In this document: positions 51,030 to 64,000 of the stretch, piece after piece
Position numbering within the stretch: the stretch's first letter is position 1
Layout of the letters: every line of letters begins with the position of its first letter
The notes under the pieces: model-generated
The model's input: only the letters and a program-made list of their open reading frames with translations
What the model was told of the DNA's origin: nothing
Database searches by the model: none
Source: Bispira polyomma
Taxonomy: Eukaryota
Assembly: GCA_965649765.1 (NCBI GenBank)
Contig: OZ287754.1
Span: forward strand, 61,504,001 to 61,568,000
Direction: 5' to 3'
DNA: 64,000 nucleotides
Position numbers and translations under genes: made by a program

Positions 51030-53812
51030 TAAGAAAAACTATGAATGTCGATTAGTTGCTACACCAAGTTTTACATCTTTTGAACTCATCCTTGTCTCTG
51101 CTCACTGGAAAAACCAGTCTTTAAATTTTGCAACAGTTTATCGGCCTCCTGGCTCAAATCTCACTACATTTTTCGAAGAATTCATGTCTTTTGTTGGGTT
51201 TACTTGCTCGTTACCCTCTCCTACTGTATTCTGTGGGGATTTCAATATTCACATAGACACCGCATCTGGAAATAGTAATCCGTTTTCCACAGTTCTGGAA
51301 TCTTGCAATCTTACCCAACATATAAATTTCCCTACCCATATTCATGGGCATACACTAGATTGCTTGCTAACTCCTACTGATTTCAATGGTATCAAAAAGA
51401 TAAAAAACATTGGTTGCATCAGTGATCATTTTTCGATATCCTGTGAAATTGATGCTCCCTCCCCACCATCTTTTGATGTCACACAAATCACTTTTCGGCA
51501 ATTTCAAAAAATCAATATGTCTGACCTTAGACGAGAGTTGGCAGATACGGCCTTCGCCAAGTCTCCTGCTGATAATGCAACTGACCTATACACACAGTAC
51601 TGCACTGACCTGCTGTCTCTTATAGAACGCCATGCGCCATGTAAATCAAAGACATTGAAGAAGCCAGCACCTGAGTGGATCACCAGTAATTATCGTGAAA
51701 TGAAGATGCTACGCAGGCAAGCCGAACGAACATGGCGCCGAAACAAAACAGCTACAAATAGATCTAGACTACGCCAATGGATCACCCGGTGCAACAACAC
51801 CATAAATGACTCAAAATGTGCCTACTATGCTAACATGATATCTCAAAGCGAGGGTGACTCGAAGAAACTTTGGCAAAAACTAAATAACACCCTCCACCGC
51901 AAAAAACAGACTATACTACTCGAAAATTCCAATAGCAAATCACTGGCAAACATTTTTAGTACTTTTTTCACTGATAAAATTACCAGAATCCGTGCCGGTT
52001 TTACATTAGCTGCCCCAAATGCCCCTTTACCAACAGCTCCACCAACCGTCTTCAACTGTTTCTCCACAGTAACTGTTGATGAAGTCAGGAAAATTATACT
52101 GGCATCACTCGTAAAATCTTGCTTGCTAGATCCGTGGCCCACATTCCTTGTTAAAGAATGTATTGACATTTTATTGCCCTCAATCACAAAACTTATCAAC
52201 CTCTCGTTGATAAATGGCGTCTTTCCAGATGATTTTAAAAAGGCTATTGTCACTCCTTTAATAAAAAAACCTTCTCTTCCAAAGGCTGACTTGAAAAATT
52301 ACCGTCCTGTCTCAGGCCTTTGCTATATCTCTAAGTTGGTAGAACGTACGGTTGCCTTACAGATCAAACAACATGTTGACGTCAGCAATCTGTCCAATAA
52401 GTATCAGTCAGCGTACAAAAGTGGTCATTCTACTGAGACTGCACTTCTCTGCATCAAAAATGATGTTCATACATCTTTATCCAAAGGTATGCCTACTACC
52501 TTAGTACTGCTGGATCTGTCAGCAGCCTTTGATACTATTGATCACAAAGTTCTTCTTGAGTGCCTATCGTCCTGGTTCGGTATCAGCGGTATGGCGCTTA
52601 AGTGGTTCACGGCATATTTATCTGATAGATTCCAATCAGTCAAAATTGGCAATATCTTATCCGACCCAACATGGTTAAAATTTGGTGTTCCCCAAGGTTC
52701 CGTCCTGGGTCCCATTTTGTTTTCCATGTACACCACTCCACTCAGCAAGATTATTGCTGCATACAAAAACATAAACTTTCACTTCTATGCTGAAGATACC
52801 CAACTGTACATCCACCTTACACCTGACTCTGCCCAGATAGCTTTCACTTCCTTACAGAACTGCCTTGTTGATGTACAACATTGGATTGCAGCAAATAAAC
52901 TCAAGCTGAACCCTGAGAAGACTGAGTTTATTTTTTTGGCTCCAAGTCACAACGGGAAAAATTGTCCAGCTGTTTTCCACTTGACATTCTTGGCAGCAGG
53001 TTTTTTCCAGCTGACAAAGTACGAAACCTGGGTGTGATGTTCGACTCTGAATTTTCCTTCTCGAACCATGTCGCATCGGTGTGTAGATCATGTTTTGTTG
53101 GCCTCCGTGATTTCAGGCGGATTCGACGCTATCTTTCAAAATCCACTGCAATCACTGTTGCCAATGCTTTGGTCAGCAGCAGGCTTGATTACTGCAACTC
53201 TCTGTTCCATTCCTTATCTCGTAGTGATCTCAGACGCCTTCAGAATATCCAACACTCCTTGGCACGTATTGTGACCAAAACATCTAAATTTTCCCACATT
53301 ACTCCTGTACTGAAATCACTGCACTGGCTCCCAATAAAATATCGTGTTGCTTTCAAAACAGCAACAATAATATATAAATTTCTAAATTCTGGATTACCCA
53401 CTTATTTTAGCCCCCATCTATCCAAATATACATGCTCAGTCAGGACTAGGCGCAGTAACCCTGATAAATTATACCTTAACATTCCCACTTTCGACCCTCG
53501 CATCCACAAATCCAAACTTCAGTTCAATCACTGCCTAGCTCATGATGGCCCCCTCATTTGGAACAGCCTACCTGATCATGTTCGCCTGGCTCAAACTTTC
53601 TCCTCTTTCAGGAGTAAGCTGAAGGCCTATCTTTTTGAACAGGCTTTTCCACCTTAGCCGTCGCAACCATCTACGGTAGTCTCCCTGGTTACGACTTCCA
53701 TCCGCCCACTATTTTTGATTTGCGATTAACGTTTTGGGTTTGTTGTGCCTTAGAATTTGTTGTACAAAGATTAAGCGCTATAAAAGTACGACTAGATTAG
53801 ATTAGATTAGAT
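51030..53812 (+). mobile_element. Young 5'-truncated L2/CR1-clade LINE (endonuclease plus RT ORF2), disabled
   Basis: YRPP, GDFN, LD and SDH endonuclease motifs; NYRPVS, LDLSAAFDT and GVPQGSVLGP RT motifs. The catalytic motif reads YAED. A frameshift lies at the T-run near 52931-52937. The ORF ends at 53657 and a (TTAGA)n tail runs to ~53812. Confidence 0.97.
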
Positions 53813-53816
53813 GATT

Positions 53817-54246
53817 CAGCATAGAACCTCTGTTATCTGCACATGTTGGGTAAGCACTGCTCACTGAGCAAGGCTTTCATTACGGGCAGATGACGCCATG
53901 TGACGTCTGCGGCTGTTTTATTGTGGGTCGAGTGTGGTAAAAGTCTTTTGTTTGTGTCGATATCTGGTTTGAATGTTGGGTTGGTGCTCTAGTTTTGGAT
54001 ATTAGAAAGATTTATCAAATAGAAACAGCAATTTGAATATAAAAAAAAAATAAAAAATTCAAGTTTTGGAGAATGAAAATGTGTTTTTATGAAATTGAAT
54101 ATTCGGATGACCGAATGTTCGTAAAACAGAAGAGGTATTTTAGTACATAAAACAGTTAGAGTAGTAGGAAAGTACTAATTTGGGAGCTTGAAAGTACGTT
54201 CAGCAAATTGGATAAAATAAGTTTGGATAATAGAGGTTCCACTATA
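53817..54246. mobile_element. Tc1/pogo-type MITE
   Basis: agaacctctgttatc ... ggataatagaggttccactata imperfect TIRs. Confidence 0.55.
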
Positions 54247-54699
54247 GTTAGGAATTTGCGTGAGACCCGTCAATTTTCTACCCTCAGGATCAAATCGTAC
54301 AGTATTTATATTGAGTGATGATGCCATTGATGCCAAAATGGTGCCAACATTAAACAATGCCAAACATTAAAGTGTACTGCATCAATACCACTCATTTCTA
54401 GCACATATAACGTCTATTTTAAAAAGTCCATTGATCAGGAAGATTTCTGACTGATGATCGCTTGGAAATAAATATTGTTTTCACCCTCAATTTTTTGCTC
54501 TTCCAAAAACCAACATTTGTTGATGTTAGTTTATTTACGGGTAAACTGATATACTCTGGTCATGGGCTTGTTACCCCAAACTCTCTCTGAACAACCCATG
54601 GGCTTTTAACTTGGAATCTAAGGAAATGTAGGGGACGGGCCTAAAAGAAAATATGGTTTTTTGTTCAAAATTGTAACTGTATTCATGAGATAGTTTCCT

Positions 54700-55048
54700 A
54701 TAGTACTTGCCTAATATGGTGGTGCCGTTTCGGGTAGTACATGTAACATGCCTAAATTGGTGGTGCTGTTTCAGGTAGTACATGTAACTTGCCTAATTTG
54801 GTGGTGCAGTTTCCTACAGTATATGTAACTTGCCTAATTTAGTGGTGCAGTATCCCACAGTACATTGCAATTCGCCTAATATGGTGGTACAGTTTTTCTG
54901 TAGTACATGTAACTTGCCTAATCTGGGGCTGCAATGTCCTGCAGTACATTGTATATGCCTAATATGGTGGTGCAGTTTCCTGTGTTACCCGTAATTGGCC
55001 TAATATGGTCATACAATTTCCTGTGGTACCTGTAACTGGCCTAATATG
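54700..55048. repeat. Minisatellite, ~42-bp unit, ~8 copies
   Basis: gtagtacatgtaacttgcctaatttggtggtgcagtttcct-type unit, with anchors at 54734, 54776 and 54818. Confidence 0.92.
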
Positions 55049-55051
55049 ATT

Positions 55052-55214
55052 GTACAGTCAAACATCTTTAAGTGGAACTCTTTTAAGCCAACTTCCCTTT
55101 TTATATGGATAAAATCTGTAATCTGTCAAAAGACATTTTCTTTAAAAATCGACCATTTTAAGTTGGAAATCCTGCTTAAGTTTTTCTCCTTGTTTGACTT
55201 AAAGGTGTTTGTAT
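55052..55214. mobile_element. TA-flanked Tc1/pogo-type MITE
   Basis: tacagtcaaacatctttaag ... cttaaaggtgtttgta, same family as 60765-60939. Another degenerate copy lies at ~55625-55780. Confidence 0.65.
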
Positions 55215-58200
55215 GTGATATTGTCACCATGATCAAACTTGTTATAGTGCTAATTTTCTGTCATAACTAATACCAAGGTGCTACATTGTCGTGGTAGTTA
55301 GAGTCAAAAGCAATTTTTTTTTTTATAAAAACTCTCTTACAAAAGCACCATTCAAGGATTTTAAAATTCAAGCCTTGTAGATTAACATGACAATCCATTT
55401 ATAAGCCTTCTTCCTGTGATTAAAGCCATTTGTGTTAAAAAATAGCTGCAGGGAGACGAGTAATGAATAAGTAAAGAGTGTTCATCTTGGTTTTTGGGGG
55501 GAATATCGAAAATAAATTATTTACTCAATTAAAGTGAAGATCTCTGACTATGTAGTCAGAATCTAGATTTATCGTCCTTGTACTTAAAGAGACATCACTG
55601 GCATGTACTATATATCATTGATCTACATTGTAACCCTGTTCTGTCGAATCTGAAAGGGCCGTGAAAAATTCAACTTAACAGGCTAAATTTTAATTAGAAA
55701 ATATAGCAATGGGACCTTCAAATCAATTACACTTAACAGGTATAATTCCACTTATCAGAGTTCTACTTAAAGGGGCTGTAATTGTCAGTTGAAATACAGG
55801 AGCAATATTCACAATCATTCATGGAATATACAATTCTCATAGACAATTTCTTAGTTTCTCAGCCAACCAGATTCATTGAAACAATAATTTTAGCCAATCA
55901 AATTGGTTGAGACAACATTAATATCACTGCTTTTACCATTTTAGATTTCAGTTAAACAAATTACTAAGTGCTTTACTAAAACTCTTTTCAAGGATATTTT
56001 TTTAAGTCGAGTCTTTTTAGTAAAAGGAAGCAAAAATCTAGTTTTTTAAAGGCCTTACCATGATGAAAGCTATTTAATGTGTCACAAGTAGGTCAAAATA
56101 ACCTATTTTGTGGGGAGTGACAAGTAATTCACAAGTGACAAGTGTTTAAGTGAGATTTTGTAAGAGCCTATGTAATTGGACGCCATATAGAGCTTTCCAT
56201 TTTAATTGCTGTAAGATCAAAGGAAAGGTTAAATGAATTTTTAATGACTCCACAAAAAATGCCACTCCAACGCTCTTTTCAAGTATGAAATCATCCTCTC
56301 CTCACTTCGGGCATGACATATAATGTTTTGTCCCCTTTCAGCAATGTAACCTACATCTGTGCTCTTCCATGGACTGGTTAAAGAGTTGGTCTGAGTGTTT
56401 AATGTGCTCATATACATTGGAAAAACTGCACATCTGGGGGTAAAAAACCTTACAATGCACCAATGTATGTCATATTCTAGAAATAGTGTGTATAACAAAT
56501 CATAATCATGTTTACTAAAGCTCCTTACAGACCGCCAACTACACAACATAGCAAGACACTACATAAAAATAGAAACTAAGACAATATATATTGATTATTC
56601 AGACTGCTCCCAGCACAACACCACACTACACTGCACAACATCACACAGTAATTGGCCTTGGAAGAAATCTCTTAAAGTAAAAACGTGGTGTCCTCTGGGC
56701 TTTTCTATATTGTAGAAATTTTCAATTTTAAATGGGTTGGGTAACTTGTATAGTGCTGTGTCGTGGTTGGTGTGAATGGTACTGTCGTCCCCTGTGGTGT
56801 AGTATAGTGTAGTTAGCGGTTTGTAAGGCCCATTACTTCAGATTTGACAAACAAATCTGCAATATGGCCATAGGGAAAGTGCATTATATGGGCATGCCAA
56901 ACATTTTTAGGGATGGTTTTTTTTTTTAGAAAAAAATTAACTTTGTAATTTTGACGAATAATGGCTGGTATTCAGTAGCATCATATTTGTGGACATTCAT
57001 TTAAAATGAAATAGTTAATCATCGAAAATATTCATCTAGGAAAAAAAGATAAAGAAAATCAAAAATTATTTTGGGGTATGCCCATATTGTACCCGTTATG
57101 CCCATTGTAAGTCAGTGTTCCACTTTTTATGTATGTAAAAGAATTCTGTAGTACCACAAAGTGTATAAAAAAACCACTAGCCACTTAAGTAGAAAATCCT
57201 GCTTAAGTTGAGGTATTGGTCAAGCTCTTATTACCCTAAAAGTTCAACTTAATTTTTGTTGAATTATCTTTATTGATTATATTGCTAAATTACAGTAGAA
57301 CCTCTATGGTGGGAGAGCAAGAGGTTTGTTTGGATATTAGAAGTTTCTCAATAATACAGTAGAAAAATGTTAAGTTTGGGAGAGTAAAATAAGTCTTCAT
57401 CAAATTAGATATTCAGACGCTTTAGTGTAGATGTATATAGATACACATTTTATTGCCATTGCTGTTATATGTTAGTCATTAATAGTCAAAAATATTTTTT
57501 CATGAAATATACCGTAGTTTCTGTAATAAATGACCCCAGGGGCTTTGCATTTTCCCAAAAGGCGGAGGTGGGCTATGATTAAAGAAAACATTGCTGATAT
57601 GTGGTCGGTATAAACCTATTGTAAATCATAATAGTAAACATTTTATTCTTAACCATGGGTCAATGAAATTTCACATAAAGTTGACCTAAATTGTCCTACA
57701 ATTATCTGATACAAGTCGCTGTGTAAACATTTTCAACGCTGCATGAAAGAAAGATGTAACAATTTTCAGGAATATTTGCAGGGGAGGGGGGGGCTATAGT
57801 TAGAGGGAGTGCTTGTATTACAGAAAATACAGTATTTGTGTCTGCAGGTTTACAGATTAGCAATGCTAATATATATTTAGTTCTTCCTTTTAGTCTCTTC
57901 TATGTCCAGTTGATTTGAGTTATTATTCTAGAAATGAATTGGTAGTATGTACGATAAATTTCTATTATAAACTGTAATTGGTTATAATTGGGAGACATAA
58001 ATTATATAGTGTATAATCATATTTGTATGTACATTCAATGTATCTATTGTGTCTGTGCTGGTCTCAAATGATTATTATTCATGAAATAGATATTTATTTA
58101 ATTGTAGTTTTTGATAGCATAGTGATATTATAATTTAGGTTATCAATAAACTGGGCTTGTCATTTGTTAAGTGTACTTTGTTTTTACAATTAACTAGAAT

Positions 58201-59689
58201 AGTATATAGTATTTAGTATTACGTATTTTGTGTAGGTTTGTCATGAATTTCAGTTATATCATAAAAACTGAGGATTTAAAGACTGTATCTACAGAAGATT
58301 AGTTATATTCAATTATTCTAAGAGTGGAAATTTAAAGTAGATGAAAATTTCACTAAAATTTACAATTTTTAAGAAGGTCACTGGAATGACTTTTTACTGT
58401 TGGTTACTTGTCTTAGTTAAAATATCAATACCCATTTAAACTGTCACTGGGAATGAATGTTCCCTTTTGGAACTCAGTTTTAAATTAGTGAGTTTTTGTG
58501 TGTAGATTTTAAAATGTATTTGTCATTAACAAGAGATGTGTAAGAAAGGTTGAGTAAGGAATCAGAAATTTCCCACTGTATTTGAAATTCGCCACCTTGG
58601 AAATGTTGTGTTATTGGTAGTAGAATTGTGGGTAATATTTGCTGAAAATTGAGATTTTTGTGACTATCTTTCCTTACTTACCTAAATTCTGGTGATTTTT
58701 TGCCAGTTTTTATCGATTTGGCTTAAATTTTAGGGGTGACAAATTACAGTGTTGAATGTTAGAATGTTTACTCTATCGTGCCTTTGTGTTGTTATTTGGC
58801 ACAGCTAAAACAACATCCTTGGGATCGTTCAACAAAAATTGTGCTTCTAATTTTATAAAATTGTGATGTCTGAAATGTTGCACCACATTTTGGGGTCAGC
58901 AAAATGACTTTTATACCTACCTATATATAAGTCGGTGTTGCCAATTTACAAAACCCAGGCACCACTATACAGGTATTTTGGTATATGTGTTATTTCTGTT
59001 GTACCCTGTTGTGCTTAGAAACAAGAATTAAAGAGTTAAGCCTTATGCGATGACACAAACAGGTAATGATGTCTACCTGATTGTATAGCGTAGCAATATA
59101 TTGAATTGCAAATTTGAATTGCAACACTGTCTATAATGCCTAGTCAGTCATTAATAAAATGTGATATATACATATTCTTGGTCTCTTTGTTTTTTCGTTT
59201 GTCATTGTTTTTCTTTTGGGAGAAATTAAAAACATGTCTGTAAATGAGAAAGCAGTCACTGCCCTCCATATGCTGCATTTAATTTCTGTCACCTATAATG
59301 GGGGGGTGGGGGGGGGGGGGGCTGGTGGCATAGTGGCTCGCTTCTTATCTCAGTACAATTGTGTATTGATCAAAAAACACATTTAGATTGTCATTAAAAT
59401 TGACCATTGTATGTGAAATAAGATTACTGAAGTGGTGTTCCCAAATCGCTGCAAATGGCCAAATCTCAAAGGTGGTTGTTTTACACCATCACTTTTGCAT
59501 CTTACCTGTGGAATCTAAGACACTTTAAATGTTGGTGGTTCCTTCTTATGATAAAGTAAGTCCCTGGTTTAACTTGTAGCCTTCACTCAAAACCTGGTCG
59601 TAGAAGGTTAACCAAGGTGTTAAACCTGGCATAAAACCCAGGTAAACTAATTGAATTATCAGCTAGAACTCTGAAGGCGGTTTAGTTTT

Positions 59690-61325
59690 ATTATTATATC
59701 AAGTCCTTTTGGTGTCAGAATTATACAAGATATTCTTACATATGCAGAAACAAATAACTTTAACTGATATTCGAAGAAATTCTGTACAAGGATATTCAAT
59801 TTTGTGTCCGTAACTATGATTACTTCTCTCAGTACTATAGTCTAAGCCGAGGAATAAGGCAGGGCTGCCCCATATCTGCTCTGCTTTTTATATTGGTTTT
59901 GGTAATTAAAATACAGAGAAATAAATTAATCTCTGGAATAAAGGTAAAAAATTATGAATACAAAATATGTCAGTTGGCAGATGACACTACCCTATACATA
60001 AGTAATATTGTATCAATATGTACTTAAATCTTTACATTTAGTAACTTTACAAACTGTTCCAGACTTAAGATAAATTTAGAAAAAATCAGTAATTATACCT
60101 TTGGGTGCAAACAAGTAAAAAAAAAAAAGATAATTCCAAAGGAACTGAAAAAATCTCTTTGAATTTTACAGCTTTCACAACTCTAGATGTTTGGTTTTCT
60201 CGTGATCAAAATGACCAGATTAAACTTTGACAATAAAATTGAAAAAATTCGACTTATTTGGACATCTATAAATTTATCTTGGAAAGGGAAAGTAACTATA
60301 ATCAAAACAATGGTTAGAACTCAGATTATCCATCTATTGTCGAGGTGTTTTGGACCACCCAACAAAGTTTCAGGAAATTAAAAAGAAGCTGAACTAGAAT
60401 GTAAGCATCTTTAAGTATAACATAATTGCAGTGATTTACCACATTCATGGAAACAAAAATTGAAAGGTCTTTCTCCCAGTAGGAACTTGTATAACGAAAT
60501 TTGAAAAGGTTTTTAATTCATATAAAGTATCTAATAAAGAACTGTATTGGAAATTGTCAGTGGACAACTAAAAGAACCAACAGAAAAATATACTTGAATT
60601 GACCTGTTTCCTTTCTTGGAAGTGGCTTCTTGGAAAAATATTTTTTGGATCATTAGTCGCACAGCTATTGAATCATACTTTTCAGCACAAGGTCTTGAAC
60701 AGATTGATCAATTATAATTGACACAAATGGAGAATTAGAGAAAATCCATTTTGTAATTTATGTACAGTCAAACCCCTTTAAGTCGAACCTCAAGGGACTA
60801 GGAGAAATACCTCTACTTAAGCAGGATTTCCACTTAACAGGGTAGATTTGTAAGGAAAATGCGTTCATGGGACTTCAAATTTGTCTCCACATAACAGGGA
60901 AAATGACTTAACAGAGTTCTACTTAAAGGGGTTCGACTGTAGTTAGATTGACACATTAGAACATCATTTATATTTCCGCGTTTACAGGAATAGGAGAAAT
61001 AAGAAAACAATGCAGTTGACAAATGAATAAAGATTGAAATTTATAAATTTATCTATTTATAATATATTAAAATAGACTAGGACACGAGTGTTGAAATTTA
61101 GATCAGATGTATTTTTCCGTATATTTTGTGCCATCCAAAAACAATTTATAAAATACAATCAAAGGCTTTGTACTAACGAGCTAAGATCTCTAATGTACTC
61201 TTATTTGCATTGACATTTTGTTGTTGTTTTGTTTTTGTAATGTATGGTGCGATTATCTACCGGTATGTACTTTGTTCCTGTATTATACTTGTATATCATG
61301 TAAATAAAAATATGGGGAAAAAACC
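59690..61325 (+). mobile_element. Decayed L1/Tx1-clade LINE 3' part (copy B), with a MITE inserted in the zinc-binding region
   Basis: Same RT motifs as copy A. It continues after the MITE with DTLEHHLYF and ends aataaaaatatggggaaaaaa. Confidence 0.85.
60765..60939. mobile_element. Intact 175-bp Tc1/pogo-type MITE with TA duplication
   Basis: TA|cagtcaaacccctttaag ... cttaaaggggttcgactg|TA. Confidence 0.9.
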
Positions 61326-61646
61326 ATTATAATAGAATCAAAGCCTTTCAGTGGAGTATTTTATTGTTACATTGCTTTAAACTTAAATGGCTATTACATT
61401 TGTAAGATGAGCTAAAACCTCAATTAACCTCAACAAAGCAGTATTATACATAACAAAGGTAAAACTAGCATAGTGTAATATTATCAACAACTGGATAATA
61501 TAAATAACATATAAACAACAAAAAACTAATAAATTAATGCTAAAAACAGTCAACAGAGATTAGGCTTGATTTTCTTCAGTGTGGACTTCCACAATGTTAT
61601 CCAAGCTTGCCACAACTCTATTAATGCTAGTATTTCCCATCAACCT

Positions 61647-62873
61647 CTACTTTAGTTCCCCAGCCAGCCTGTCAATCTCCTCTTCAAGCCACGCCCTCTT
61701 GCCATCACTCCATTCGGCCATCTGCTTGGCATAAGCCACCTGCTCTTTCAGCTCTCTGATTTCTTCCAGTCTTTCCATTTCTGTTTCCATTTTGCTGTTT
61801 TCCACTAAGAACCTGAACACATCCACTTGTACAGAGATCATGGTAGGATCATTGTATGGGTCAGTGGTACCAACTGACATGTGCACCATGTGGGTTCTGC
61901 CAAAGATCTTTTTGAAGATCCTCAATACCAAATGCAGTACTCTAAATATGCAAACCATGAATTTCTTCATCATTTTGAACATCAGTAGCAGATTTAGTAA
62001 ATTCCAAATGGTGTAAAAGCAATACCAGATGTATTTAAATCGGTAATCTCTGTCGTGCATGAAGTATCGAATAGCTACACGAACCTTGCCCTCTCTGTGG
62101 CATACTTCAGACAGAGTGGAAGCTACACTATCAACCAGTGACTTGGTCCAGGATATGAGGTCTTGAGTTAATGTTGCAATTCTGTCAAAGGAAAGTTCAT
62201 CAAGGTGAGAAATCAAATAACCTAGTCTGTAAGAGACATTTGTGATCTGTTCTTCTACATGTTTCACAAAAGTTGAGAATGCCTTCAGTGACCGCTTAAT
62301 GTCCCTGATATACTCCCTGAGATATTTCCCCCAGTCGTCCTTCCACCACTGTTCCAAGGGCTCAGAGATATGATTATATAGGAGGCTGGTGTCAACTTTA
62401 GTGACAGAGACAATCTTTGCATCTGTTACTAGTTCAGCTTGATCTGCTTCAGGTTGGCTTTCATCATCAAAAGCATCTGCATCAAAAGCATCTGCAGTGG
62501 AGCCTTGTTGAAAAACTATGCTTCTGTCATAGTCAGAACCTTCAGTAAATGGGTCTTGCTTCTGAATTTGATCAACTGGCAATGGATCCTGCATAACCAC
62601 TGGCTTCTCCTCTGTAACGCTGAAGAAAGAGCTGTTGGTAAATCCAGTGGTATCTGTGTACTTTAAACCATCAGACCCTGCACTTTCAAATCCAGTCATC
62701 ACTGGTGGGCTAACTTCAACTTCTGGGTATCCAGATACCTGACAACCAAAGGTATACTGGAAATTACTATTGTAATCTGCTCCATCTGACTCCAGTTGTT
62801 CTAACTGGATGAAATCATTTGATCTTTTTTCATCCATGTCTCCATGGAGTAATTCTTCATGATCCTGTTGAAT
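61647..62873 (-). CDS. Duplicate of exon 2 of the 465-aa membrane protein gene with a premature stop (29 aa shorter); exon 1 expected beyond the window
   Basis: Protein identical to copy A up to GAG>TAG at 61647-61649. The acceptor is conserved at 62874-62875 and the ancestral stop is still at 61560-61562. Confidence 0.8.
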   Translation of the reverse strand: MQQDHEELLHGDMDEKRSNDFIQLEQLESDGADYNSNFQYTFGCQVSGYPEVEVSPPVMTGFESAGSDGLKYTDTTGFTNSSFFSVTEEKPVVMQDPLPVDQIQKQDPFTEGSDYDRSIVFQQGSTADAFDADAFDDESQPEADQAELVTDAKIVSVTKVDTSLLYNHISEPLEQWWKDDWGKYLREYIRDIKRSLKAFSTFVKHVEEQITNVSYRLGYLISHLDELSFDRIATLTQDLISWTKSLVDSVASTLSEVCHREGKVRVAIRYFMHDRDYRFKYIWYCFYTIWNLLNLLLMFKMMKKFMVCIFRVLHLVLRIFKKIFGRTHMVHMSVGTTDPYNDPTMISVQVDVFRFLVENSKMETEMERLEEIRELKEQVAYAKQMAEWSDGKRAWLEEEIDRLAGELK

Positions 62874-64000
62874 CTGAAAAAATAGACACTAAAGTTTACT
62901 TTACTATTCATTCTGAGTTGGGGGTGGGGCGCGGGTGATATAGGACAGTAGCATTTCACCTCTCAATATTGGGGTAGTGGACCTGGACTCTTTCCATGTC
63001 CCTAATAGAACAAACAGTAGTCATTATTAGTCAAACATGTTGGTATAAGATGTCAGCAACAATGATATTTGTGATGCTTTAAGTAAGAATTAATATTTTC
63101 ACAATGCACTTGGAACAATTTATTTTGGTCTTTATTTATTCATACACAACGGTATACAAGTAATGTGTCAGTCACACTGTTCACCTTCTTGGGACTGTTG
63201 GAGACCCTTTCTGAGAAAGGGTATGAACGGGGGATTTAAATATATGCAAATGAAAATTTTCCCCATTCTCTCCCGACCAGCCAAATTCTAATGATCTGGA
63301 GTAAACTGGTATAAACGTGGTGAGAACATGGACAGTGTGACTGCCAAATCAGAAATATGTAGATACATTTGTGGGGAACTACAAAAAAACTAAGTTGTAG
63401 TCACAATTTGTTTGATTAAATTCGTTATCGATTACAGTTTGGAGAGCAAACTTATGTTTGGATAGTATAGAAGTTCATCAAATAGAAAAGATATTTTAGT
63501 GCAAGGCAAATTTGGGAGTGTGAAATTGAGTTCATCAAATCCAATATTTAGATAACAGGGGCAGTATTCAATAACAGACTTGGCCAAGTATTGGGCTTAA
63601 ATCTAGTACAAAAGTATACTAGATTTGGGCCTAAGTATTGGTTTAAGTCTGTTAGTGAATACGGGCCCTTAAGTTTGGATACTAGAATATCCAAAGGATT
63701 TGGTTCGAATTATGACTAAATTCGATGTATACTGGTTCTACTGTTGGATAGTCTACTGTGGAGACAGTAGAAATTCTCACAGTGATTCATAAACACATGC
63801 ATGTACTTTCTTTGGACTATAAATAGACAAATCTTAAATGCCAAATAATTTTTATATTTTAAAACCAATAATTTTAAAGCAACTATTACAAACAAAGGCA
63901 TATTAAATTGACATATTATTGTATATTTACATATTAAAACATTGGATGAATTTCTCTGGCTTCAACCAGCCCAAAATTTGAAACTGTTTCATTGTAGCCT

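Larger units (their letters stand above)
57088..64000 (+). repeat. Segmental duplication copy B (runs off the window end)
   Basis: Near-identical to 43046-49486, plus 483 bp (60873-61355) absent from copy A. Confidence 0.97.

Noticed and set aside
54700-55048. 42-bp periodic array as a CRISPR
   Set aside because: The whole unit repeats with drift, there are no unique spacers or cas genes, and the context is eukaryotic.

Overview
AT-rich animal genomic DNA with spliceosomal introns, microsatellites and dense retro/DNA transposon debris. The repeat types suggest a mollusc-like invertebrate, but that is inference. Mobile content: L2/CR1-clade LINE pieces (one near-complete but disabled copy at ~51.0-53.8 kb), L1/Tx1-clade pieces, Meta-like tRNA-derived SINEs, TA-flanked Tc1/pogo-type MITEs, a CCC-ended MITE nested in an L2, and Helentron-like non-autonomous elements, one carrying a ~146-bp satellite. 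Four host loci could be reconstructed: (1) a low-complexity ORF at 13526-14539 split by a single in-frame TAA; (2) an intronless orphan type-I membrane protein at 24303-24887; (3) a spliced CD225/dispanin (IFITM-like) gene at ~34310-36607 (-); (4) a two-exon 465-aa orphan membrane/coiled-coil gene at 47046-49846 (-). Locus 4 lies in a near-identical duplication (43046-49486 = 57088-64000+) whose second copy carries a nonsense mutation. Both orphan membrane genes have clusters of CRE-type (TGACGTCA) motifs just upstream. No rRNA, tRNA gene or CRISPR array was found. No database searches were run, so 'orphan' means only that I did not recognise the protein.
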